Virus record (IMG/VR): IMGVR_UViG_3300022670_000171
Location: 1-28,818 of that record
Origin: a virus
Lineage: Duplodnaviria > Caudoviricetes
Strand: one strand, 5' to 3'
Length of the DNA: 28,818 bases
The notes under the pieces are model-generated. The model was given only the letters and a program-made list of their open reading frames with translations, had not been told where the DNA came from and searched no databases. Shown here piece by piece: positions 1-6,965 of this stretch (position 1 is its first letter; each line of letters begins with the position of its first letter). A program made the position numbers and the translations under genes.

Positions 1-1
1 T

Positions 2-595
2 ATCTTGCTTAATAATATCGTGGCTCCTGGTATTGATCAGATTGCAGAGCGTGCCCGGGCGCAAATGATCCAATCAGGAACCATTCCACAGGAGCAGTGG
101 ACGCAAGAAGAGGCCGACAAGATTGCTCAGCAGATAGAAGCTCAGCAGAATCAACCGCAAGAGCCTGACCCTGTAGAGACGGCGATCCTTGAGCAGACGC
201 AAGCACAAACAGCTGACGTTGTAAGCAAGGCTCAGGAACGATCAGACAAGACAGAGCTAGCGATTGAAGGCTTGAGGATTAAGGAGCAGCAGCAAATAAT
301 TGACGCTGGTCAGAACGATGACAAGCAGGAAATGGAGGCCGTAAAGTTCGCGCTTAACCGACAAGACCAGCAATTCAAGCAGCAGATGGATCAGCAGGCG
401 CAGATCATCGAGTTGCTTAATACTCAGGCGCAGACGCTCAAGACATTGCGAGAGACCCAAGGGGTTGATGTGATAGTGGGCCCTCACACGCAAGAGGCCT
501 TTATTCAGCAGGCCGAGCTAGTTACTGAAGCGCAAGACATTGTTAGTCCTACGCCAGAAACTCAGGAAGTTACTGACCAAATCACAAGGCAATAG
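2..595 (+). CDS. C-terminal part of P22-like portal protein (inverted relative to its N-terminal part; open at the window edge)
   Basis: NNIVAPGIDQIAERAR motif and Q/E-rich coiled-coil tail typical of the P22 gp1 barrel region; followed by a scaffold-like gene as in P22 gene order. Confidence 0.8.
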   Translation: MLLNNIVAPGIDQIAERARAQMIQSGTIPQEQWTQEEADKIAQQIEAQQNQPQEPDPVETAILEQTQAQTADVVSKAQERSDKTELAIEGLRIKEQQQIIDAGQNDDKQEMEAVKFALNRQDQQFKQQMDQQAQIIELLNTQAQTLKTLRETQGVDVIVGPHTQEAFIQQAELVTEAQDIVSPTPETQEVTDQITRQ

Positions 596-684
596 TTAAA
601 CCCTATTAATATGATGTATACTGATAAGCAGTTTCAATCGTACTAGACGATATCTAGGCAGAACTACCATAAAAGGCAAAACAC

Positions 685-963
685 ATGAGTGAGCTACAAA
701 CTGAAGAGGCTGGTGCTGAGCTGCCACTAGAAACAGCAAACGTCGAAGCAGGAACCGCCGAGAGCGGAGCAGATTTAGCTGCTGCTAGTGGTGATGACCA
801 CGAACAATCCACAAATAATGGCATCGATCAAGAGGCTGTTAATAAGGCGATCAACAAGAAGCACTTTCAGATGAAAGAGGCCGAGCGTAAGGCCGAAGCG
901 TCTGATAAACGTGCCCAAGAGTTGGAAGTTAGATTACAGAAGCTTGAGCAGGGCGATGATCCG
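685..963 (+). CDS. N-terminal part of P22-like scaffolding protein, truncated at the inversion junction
   Basis: Acidic low-complexity N-terminus then AVNKAINKKHFQMKEAERKAE coiled coil, directly after the portal C-terminus; the ORF beyond 963 is antisense portal sequence. Confidence 0.7.
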
Positions 964-2307
964 TGCAGTGTGGCAAATGGCGACCTCTTGAGAGTCGTAA
1001 TAGTCAATTGTTGCGATATCACCTTTGTTCTGCAATCGCTCTAATGCAACGCCAGATTCATTAGCCAGCTGCTGGCCTTGGTTCGCAGCAAACATTCCGC
1101 TACTTTCGGTGATCATTTGGCCCATGGTGGCGATGGTTGTCTGTAGTCCTGGATTCATTTGTGCGCCGCCCAGCCGGTACGGAGCTGGTTGGTTAAGAAC
1201 ATGAGTATAAAGCTGCGCTGGGTGATTGTTCGTGTTCATCGTCTCCAGAGTGGCTGTATCCTTCGCTGCCTGCTCTCGGGTGATCATTAGCTTATCTTTA
1301 GGAGCCAACGCCCCCTCTTCGATATCTCGGCTCGCTGCGTAGTTTAAAACCCTCTGTGCGTCCATAAGATGCTGCACAACGCCGTGATATATAACCTTGT
1401 TCTCTGATATCTCGAAGTTTCCAAAGGTTGGGATTACTGGAATCCATTGAAATACCGTTTCTTGTTCTGGCTTCAACCAATTAGCCCCATCAAAGAACCG
1501 GGTAAATACTTTGTGACTGTCACGCTTGCGCCGCTTTACTTCGTTAACGCCAAGACGTTTTAAGTCGTCAACTACTTTCTCAAAGTCGTCGTCAACCTGA
1601 TAAACCTTGTTGTTGTCCATTAACACCAGCTCTATAGTGATAGGCTTCTTGTATAGGAATTCGCCAACAACGATATTTTCAGGCTTCTGGCAGTAAGAAT
1701 TAGAAAATCTATCTTCGCCTACTGATTGCTTTGACCCATCTGGAAACTTTTCATCGTATGCATCCGGGCTCATGCTCTGCAGTACGAAAGCCCAACTGGC
1801 GTCCTCCATGCTCTGCATTTCTGCGTTGGTGTCGAACCATACGCGATCAACAGAGTTTGCAATCTTGCGAATAAACAAATCTTGGTCGAAGCTATCCCCA
1901 TCAGCCCATTCAGTCGTTACGCGCCAAGCGTCAAAGCCGACCTCTACCATCTTTTTACCGGCAGCGCCGAACACCTGAGACGCGTTTGATATGTTCTCGA
2001 TATTACGCACCAGGCCATCCAGTAGCTTTGCGGTGTCTTTGCTGGCATCGCCCCCTGATGGTCTAACCTGGATATCAAAATCAGCCTGTTTCATTTCTCC
2101 CGAGATAGAGCGAACGATAGGGTTACACCGATCAAAGGTGTACATTGGTCTGCCCTTCATATTCTTAACAATCTCAGGCTCCCATTGCCCATCAGGCTTC
2201 TTTAGAAACAACGTAACTTCGCGCGCTTTCTCGCGGTTATCACGATCAGCCGTCTGCGACTCTCGAAGAAGCTGGTTTACCTTGGTGTAATCTGCGAAAT
2301 CTACCAT
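955..2307 (-). CDS. P22-like portal protein, N-terminal ~450 aa, truncated at the inversion junction
   Basis: GQWEPE, RPMYTFDRCNPIV, DIQVRPSGG, WIPVIPTFG, GVVQHLMDAQRVLNY and ESGVALERLQ motifs; directly after TerL. Confidence 0.92.
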
Positions 2308-2308
2308 T

Positions 2309-3736
2309 TCAGTTCCATAGGGATGTGAAGTTTAGTTCATCGAATTTATCAGCGCTTAGCGTATCTGCGTGGCGCTTCATCATCAACGCATAACGGGTGG
2401 CGGCCATCAGATCATCCATAAGCTTAACAACCTTTCCGTCCTTGCGGTGGTATAACATGAACTCACCAAACCATTCAGGGCAGGTTGAGAATACTTTTAA
2501 CCGCCCCGTTCTCATCCTATCCAACATTTCCATTAAACCCGCCTCAACACCATTGCCGCCTTCGGGGTGCGTGGCGTGATCGGGGAGCATCTTAAGACCT
2601 GCGCTCTTATACTGGCCAGATAGCTGTTTCCCTGATCCTTTGTCGTGCTGGTAGCCGTCATGGGGCCATGCAAACTTAAGCTCTTCTCCCCAATGCCTGA
2701 GCGCCTGCCCTGCTTCGTCCGGCGTCGTCTCTCTCGCTTTGTATTCATTGGTCACATAGATGATATCCGCGTCTTTATCCCAAACCAAGTGAGCGGCGGC
2801 CTGCGGGTGATCCCAGCCAAAATCTAGCCCCCCGATATGAACCCAGTGATCTGGTATTTTAATAGGCTCTATCTCTATCTTCTCTTGCGCTACTGGGAAT
2901 ATTCGACCGCTACCGAGGATTGGTATTCCTTTCGCTCTAGCCTCCCGCTCATGATCAGGATAAGACTCTACGATTTTATCTTTCTCTTCCTGCGTGTAAT
3001 GGTCTACATCGTAAATAGTCATCACTACAAGCTTTTTATATTTACCAGGGTCTTTATAGAAGGTGTGAGCGATGGTTGTCATACCTTTGAGCGGCGTAAA
3101 TGTCACGAACAAGAACTGCCCTATCTGCCCCCTGTTAGTTCTGGTTAAGCACTCCGAGTAGATTTCAGCGGGTGGCTCTTCATCCAGCCAAACCCAATCA
3201 ATTGTTTCTCCCTGAAACTTCTCGCGGCCCTTTTCGTATGACTTGAAGAAAATCAGCGATGTTCCGCCTGACACATGGGTGACCTTAATATGGTCAAGAA
3301 GATCCTTAATACCTAGGGCCCTAACTAGCCCATTAATGCAATTTTTAGGTATTGCTCCCGTTCCTATGCTTTCCTGATCCTGCATTCTTCCCACGAGCAG
3401 CTTCTGCGTAGTGTCGCGAATAACTTCACCAGAGACCCCGCCTACCCAGCCAACATTGGGCTTCTCGAACCTTGCGCCATCCCAGTCATCAGGATACAAA
3501 CCAGTGGCATGATAGGCAGCCTCATGAGCCCCGCACCACGTTTTACCAGTCTGGTTGCCAGCACCAAGCATCCTCTCTGAAAACTCTGAACCTAACCTAT
3601 GGAACTCTGCTTGCTTGGCATAGGGGGAGTATCGTTTAAGCGCGTTAAAACGGAAGCGATCCGCTCTCTCTGCAAGGGCTGTAGCTAGCAGGATCTTTTC
3701 TGATCGATCACTGTGACTTTGAAGCGATGTAAGCAT
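2309..3736 (-). CDS. terL: Terminase large subunit (P22 gp2-like)
   Basis: Walker A GAGNQTGKT, Walker B WVWLDEEP, TFTP coupling motif, nuclease GLDFGWDHP and DDLMAATRYA. Confidence 0.96.
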   Translation of the reverse strand: MLTSLQSHSDRSEKILLATALAERADRFRFNALKRYSPYAKQAEFHRLGSEFSERMLGAGNQTGKTWCGAHEAAYHATGLYPDDWDGARFEKPNVGWVGGVSGEVIRDTTQKLLVGRMQDQESIGTGAIPKNCINGLVRALGIKDLLDHIKVTHVSGGTSLIFFKSYEKGREKFQGETIDWVWLDEEPPAEIYSECLTRTNRGQIGQFLFVTFTPLKGMTTIAHTFYKDPGKYKKLVVMTIYDVDHYTQEEKDKIVESYPDHEREARAKGIPILGSGRIFPVAQEKIEIEPIKIPDHWVHIGGLDFGWDHPQAAAHLVWDKDADIIYVTNEYKARETTPDEAGQALRHWGEELKFAWPHDGYQHDKGSGKQLSGQYKSAGLKMLPDHATHPEGGNGVEAGLMEMLDRMRTGRLKVFSTCPEWFGEFMLYHRKDGKVVKLMDDLMAATRYALMMKRHADTLSADKFDELNFTSLWN

Positions 3737-4163
3737 CTAACTCCTCATCTGTCAGGTCTTCAATCTTGGTTTTAAGCGTTAATTCCTGCTGGATCTTATC
3801 GCCGAACTTATTAGGCTTGAGCTTTGCTGCTACCCACTTTCGCGCGTCAACCCTTAATCGTGATCTTTGGACGTTCTCGGGGTTTAGCTTTGCGTGGCCA
3901 TCCTCGTCTTTTTCTTGGTAATCATTAGCTGTGTCGTCAGCTATTTCGATGATTTCCTCTGAGTACATTTCGGCGCATTCTTGCTTAGCAATATCGTATT
4001 GCTGCTTAAACTCTGGCTTCTCTCTTAACCACCTGAACAAAGTGGTAGTGACCGGCATACCATCAGCCTTCGCGATAGTTCGCATTGACTCGCCTTCAGC
4101 TACCCTAGCGCAAACCAAATCACTTAGCTCTAACGTGTAATCTGTTGGCCGACCTCCTGCCAT
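3708..4163 (-). CDS. terS: Terminase small subunit (Sf6 gp1-like)
   Basis: GRPTDY...ICARxAEGES-like HTH, TLFRWL, RSRLRVDARKWVAAKLKPNKFGDK; immediately upstream of terL. Confidence 0.93.
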   Translation of the reverse strand: MAGGRPTDYTLELSDLVCARVAEGESMRTIAKADGMPVTTTLFRWLREKPEFKQQYDIAKQECAEMYSEEIIEIADDTANDYQEKDEDGHAKLNPENVQRSRLRVDARKWVAAKLKPNKFGDKIQQELTLKTKIEDLTDEELDAYIASKSQ

Positions 4164-4191
4164 GTTATCTACCCTCTCAATAAATGCTCAA

Positions 4192-4272
4192 CTATCGAGA
4201 CTTTGGTTTCGACCGAGGCTTTCTTACTCGTTTCGTTTTCTTTGCTCGTTTTTTTGGCGTATCTGATGGCAT
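4192..4272 (-). CDS. 26-aa Lys/Arg-rich micro-peptide MPSDTPKKRAKKTKRVRKPRSKPKSR
   Basis: Translated by hand; AGGAG RBS upstream; first ORF after the TGCTATAAT promoter at 4329-4337. Confidence 0.6.
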   Translation of the reverse strand: MPSDTPKKRAKKTKRVRKPRSKPKSR

Positions 4273-4328
4273 GGCTGGTCAACTCCTGGCTGTCATTTCT
4301 AATACTTAATTCAGTGCGATAAGCAAAC

Positions 4329-4370
4329 ATTATAGCACGTTATAAAACCAAGTCTGCTTAGTGCTATAAT
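4329..4370. promoter_or_regulatory. Back-to-back identical extended -10 promoters (TGCTATAAT)
   Basis: Minus-strand TGCTATAAT at 4329-4337 faces terS; plus-strand TGCTATAAT at 4362-4370 faces a small RNA. Confidence 0.7.
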
Positions 4371-4376
4371 CGACTC

Positions 4377-4447
4377 AGTTGCAACAGAGAGACGAGGAGG
4401 TGATCCCTATCTAGCTGTGCCAAAGGCCTCTTGATTGAGGCTTTTTT
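4377..4447 (+). ncRNA. Putative ~70-nt small RNA carrying AGGAGGTGATCC (perfect complement of the 16S rRNA 3' end)
   Basis: Extended -10 upstream, intrinsic terminator downstream, no ATG in the transcript; SD is followed 8 nt later by ATC-TAG. Confidence 0.6.
4426..4447 (+). terminator. Rho-independent terminator
   Basis: GCCTC-TTGATT-GAGGC followed by TTTTTT. Confidence 0.8.
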
Positions 4448-4508
4448 ATTTGTTCGACTGTGGCATATAATACTGCCTTATACGCTAAAAATACGGACGG
4501 ATTATAAT

Positions 4509-5021
4509 ATGCTAGCGGCTACTCAAGAAATCAATCAACTCCTAAACATTCCGATTTGGCTAGCCAGGCTGGAAACCCACATTTTTGAAGGTCTTAGTAT
4601 TGAGGATTCAAAGGAATGGACTTCTGTATTCTATGGCGCTATCAACGAAGGGTCTGATTTAGATAGCATCAAGAATGAGTTCTTGGCCCAAGTGATAGAG
4701 TCAACCTTTGAGTCTTACGACAACGCCCGATACAAAAAGGTTAAGGCCGCTCAAGTCATGGTTGTCGAAGGGCTTCGTGATAACGACCAAGCTAAGGTAA
4801 GTAATGGCCGAGCCATCGCCTCTGCTTTTTCTTATGTTTTTGTTTCTGACGCTGCAGACGCTGCTGCTTTCCCTGATCCATCCGACTCGTCCGAGGCCGC
4901 TATTTTTGCTCGTTCAGCCGATGCCGCCGCCTTTGCTGCTAAACCTGCCCGTGAGCGTGATTACAAAAACCTATCAGAAATCCTTATCTGCCTAATTAAG
5001 GGATGCAAGGCTAAGGAATGA
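4509..5021 (+). CDS. Hypothetical protein; N-terminally shortened paralog of 13231-13929 with a degenerate Ala-rich tract
   Basis: Hand alignment gives 54/91 identical residues, ungapped, to the 13231 ORF core; ATG at 4509 preferred because the TTG at 4431 lies in the terminator. Confidence 0.75.
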   Translation: MLAATQEINQLLNIPIWLARLETHIFEGLSIEDSKEWTSVFYGAINEGSDLDSIKNEFLAQVIESTFESYDNARYKKVKAAQVMVVEGLRDNDQAKVSNGRAIASAFSYVFVSDAADAAAFPDPSDSSEAAIFARSADAAAFAAKPARERDYKNLSEILICLIKGCKAKE

Positions 5022-5056
5022 TGGCTTTCATATTTACCGCCTCTACGGTTTGTTTA

Positions 5057-5188
5057 AGTCTGTATAGGTAGTGATGCTGGCGGCATGAATCGAACATGCA
5101 GTATAGTCTTACTCTGCCACCAAGGTTGCATCATGGAATCGAGCCACCAGATCGTCACCAGATACCAACACCACTAATTATACAGACT
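5057..5188 (-). ncRNA. Putative structured RNA A: 25-bp closing stem enclosing two T-loop-like hairpins
   Basis: Arms 5057-5081 and 5164-5188 pair with three G-U pairs on the minus strand; hairpins GCATG-TTCGATT-CATGC and TGG-CTCGATT-CCA. Confidence 0.6.
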
Positions 5189-5204
5189 CTATTCATGCAA
5201 CCCA

Positions 5205-5546
5205 CTAAGGGGTGATTATCCGTTTCTTTAATTCCCAGTTATCACTAGTTTCAGGATCTTCGGCCATAACTATACGTTTGGCGGTATAAGCCAGCTCGCC
5301 ACTCCAAGCAACATCCCCCTTAGTGTACGAAAGGCTACAATTCCAGTCCTCGTAATTCACTGGGGCTTCAATGCCGTGCTTCTTGCATAGTGCGTTAATT
5401 GCATCGGTTGTTTTTGCTTGGCAGTCGAAGGCATAACCGAAAATACCTGCACGGTGAATTACTTCTATCATCCCGTCTCTGGCTCCACGAAGGTATACCG
5501 ATAAATCTTCCCTAAGCGCTTCGTCCTTGATCGGATCTTTGCTCAT
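5205..5546 (-). CDS. Hypothetical protein with C-terminal CBM5/12 (chitin-binding type)-like module
   Basis: WNCSLSYTKGDVAWSGELAYTAK...P..SDNW matches the W...Y..GD.V...G..Y.A pattern. Confidence 0.55.
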   Translation of the reverse strand: MSKDPIKDEALREDLSVYLRGARDGMIEVIHRAGIFGYAFDCQAKTTDAINALCKKHGIEAPVNYEDWNCSLSYTKGDVAWSGELAYTAKRIVMAEDPETSDNWELKKRIITP

Positions 5547-5608
5547 TTCTTCACCTGCTTGCGCTTCTTCTTCTTGGGCTTGCCTGGTGAGCTAGCGTGA
5601 TCTGACAT
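5543..5608 (-). CDS. 21-aa Lys-rich micro-peptide MSDHASSPGKPKKKKRKQVKK
   Basis: AAGGAG RBS; ATGA stop/start overlap with the 5205-5546 ORF. Confidence 0.6.
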   Translation of the reverse strand: MSDHASSPGKPKKKKRKQVKK

Positions 5609-5665
5609 GGTGTTCTCCTTCTTAATATCAATCTGTACCAACAAACCCGAAATTAAGCTGGGTGA

Positions 5666-5893
5666 TTAACCTCCGTTAAAAGCTTGGGAGCGTGTCACCA
5701 TGCCGTTTTTCTTGGCTTCTCGTTTGATCTTTTTCAGCTCAGTCTGTACCTCAGCAAGGGTTTTTTCCCCGCTCTTTACCTGCTCCATAAGCGCAAGCCT
5801 TACATCCATACTGTCTGCCACCACACCATCATTCTCTGCCTTATTTACTGCGGCGCGTTTATCCATTGCTGCATCAAATCTTGTCCTGCTCAT
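5666..5893 (-). CDS. Hypothetical phage protein (MSRTRFDAAM...)
   Basis: GGAG RBS before ATG at 5893, just downstream of the tRNA-like 3' CCA. Confidence 0.65.
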   Translation of the reverse strand: MSRTRFDAAMDKRAAVNKAENDGVVADSMDVRLALMEQVKSGEKTLAEVQTELKKIKREAKKNGMVTRSQAFNGG

Positions 5894-5908
5894 TTCGTTC
5901 TCCGTTGT

Positions 5909-6036
5909 TGGTGCCGGGGGCTGGATTCGAACCAGCATCCTTCAGGTTAAGTGCCTGTTGCTCAGTTTGCAGCTACTCAGCAGGTATCCCCGCATCTTTC
6001 GCTTTTGCCAACCCTTACCAATTGAGCTACCCCGGT
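5909..6036 (-). tRNA. tRNA-Lys(CTT)-like gene with ~51-nt insertion in the D-loop, A33 and an A1-C72 mismatch
   Basis: ACCGGGG/CCCCGGC acceptor plus ACCA; TA-GCTC-AATTGGTAA...GAGC D-arm; CAGG-CACTTAA-CCTG anticodon arm; GCTGG-TTCGAAT-CCAGC T-arm. Confidence 0.7.
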
Positions 6037-6046
6037 CTAAAACTAT

Positions 6047-6207
6047 CAATCTGTATTGATTGAGAGTGATAGTGAGTCCATATCCTGCTTAATCTGGGAG
6101 TCAAACCCAGAATCATTCACAAGGTATTTCTCATTAAGAGCTTAAAGAGCTTGCTAGATGCCGAAACATTGACGCTAACTCAAAAGCACTCTCATCAATA
6201 CAGACTG
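6047..6207 (-). ncRNA. Putative structured RNA B: ~21-bp closing stem, T-loop-like hairpin and UUCG hairpin
   Basis: Arms 6047-6068 and 6187-6207, extended by TGAGT/ACTCA; TCTGGG-TTTGACT-CCCAGA; ATGT-TTCG-GCAT; same AGTCTGTAT stem base as RNA A. Confidence 0.55.
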
Positions 6208-6266
6208 CTATGTGGTATCAGCAGCCATGATCGTATTCCAATCTATTATCGATTAAAATCGATTAA

Positions 6267-6401
6267 CTATTCTTCCGTTTCGTAGATCTTGCCATCTCCG
6301 TCTAGCCATCCAAAAGAGAGCCACTTGCACCCATTTTGGTAGTATTTAGTTGTGTAAACTTTGGTTGGCAACCAACAAAAAACTCTCTTTCTCGTACTCA
6401 T
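6267..6401 (-). CDS. 44-aa hypothetical protein MSTRKRVFCWLPTKV...
   Basis: GAGGAG RBS, ATGA overlap with upstream ORF; translated by hand. Confidence 0.55.
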   Translation of the reverse strand: MSTRKRVFCWLPTKVYTTKYYQNGCKWLSFGWLDGDGKIYETEE

Positions 6402-6532
6402 CTCCTCAATTCCTTTAATTGTTTGGTTAAAAAAACATGCTCTTTGTCAGTCACGAAATACTTTTTAGGCTTCCGGTCTTTCGCGGCTTGGCGCTTTACG
6501 TGTAGTGCGTACTTATCTGATGCTTTAGTCAT
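6398..6532 (-). CDS. 44-aa basic protein, possible RHH-like DNA-binding regulator on a leaderless mRNA
   Basis: MTKASDKYALHVKRQAAKDRKPKKYFVTDKEHVFLTKQLKELRR; TATACT -10 ends 6 nt before the ATG; palindrome TTAGCGCTAA at 6551-6560. Confidence 0.5.
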   Translation of the reverse strand: MTKASDKYALHVKRQAAKDRKPKKYFVTDKEHVFLTKQLKELRR

Positions 6533-6582
6533 GAGTTAAGTATACACAAGTTAGCGCTAACCGCTTAGATCGTTTGGTTATA

Positions 6583-6738
6583 TTAACCGATGATTTTATA
6601 CTGCTCTCGCCTATGCTGTTTCCATGAGCGCTGCCGTCTAAGAATAGGATGGTGCAGACACTCATGCCCAAGGTTGAATCCTTTAAGCAGACAGAGCCGC
6701 TTAGCCCTGCCTTGCGATAGCTTAAGTTCGGCTAGCAT
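6583..6738 (-). CDS. 51-aa hypothetical protein ending RRQRSWKQHRREQYKIIG
   Basis: AGGAG RBS, TAATG overlap with upstream ORF; translated by hand. Confidence 0.55.
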   Translation of the reverse strand: MLAELKLSQGRAKRLCLLKGFNLGHECLHHPILRRQRSWKQHRREQYKIIG

Positions 6739-6965
6739 TAGAACTCCTTACGCCCCCAAAAAACTTCATATACAACCCACGGAAACACCATGCAAATTAT
6801 TACTGTAAACGGAAACGCCCATGGCTGCCCGACGAATGGATTACGCCTCTTTACAAACCCTGCTCTTATCGTAAGCCAGGTGTTTACAAGCATAGCCACT
6901 ATCAGCCAGCACAGCATAAGCTCTGTCGTAGGGTAGGGTATTGATACTTCTAGCCAGTTAAACAT
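6738..6965 (-). CDS. Small membrane protein (two hydrophobic segments)
   Basis: ATG at 6965 overlaps the upstream ORF end; hydrophobic stretches. Confidence 0.5.
   Translation of the reverse strand: MFNWLEVSIPYPTTELMLCWLIVAMLVNTWLTIRAGFVKRRNPFVGQPWAFPFTVIICMVFPWVVYEVFWGRKEF

Noticed and set aside
964-1044. C-terminal extension of the 685-1044 ORF, and the last residues of the 934-2307 ORF
   Set aside because: Read-through across the inversion junction into antisense sequence.
4395-4406. 16S rRNA gene fragment or primer contamination
   Set aside because: The match stops at 12 nt with no flanking rRNA sequence, and it sits in a coherent promoter-terminator unit.
5543-5608. PKKKKRK as an SV40-type nuclear localisation signal
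   Set aside because: Bacteriophage context; expected by chance in a Lys-rich peptide.
5909-6036. tmRNA or group I intron-containing tRNA
   Set aside because: No G3-U70 Ala acceptor or tag ORF; the insert is far too short for a group I intron and lies in the D-loop.
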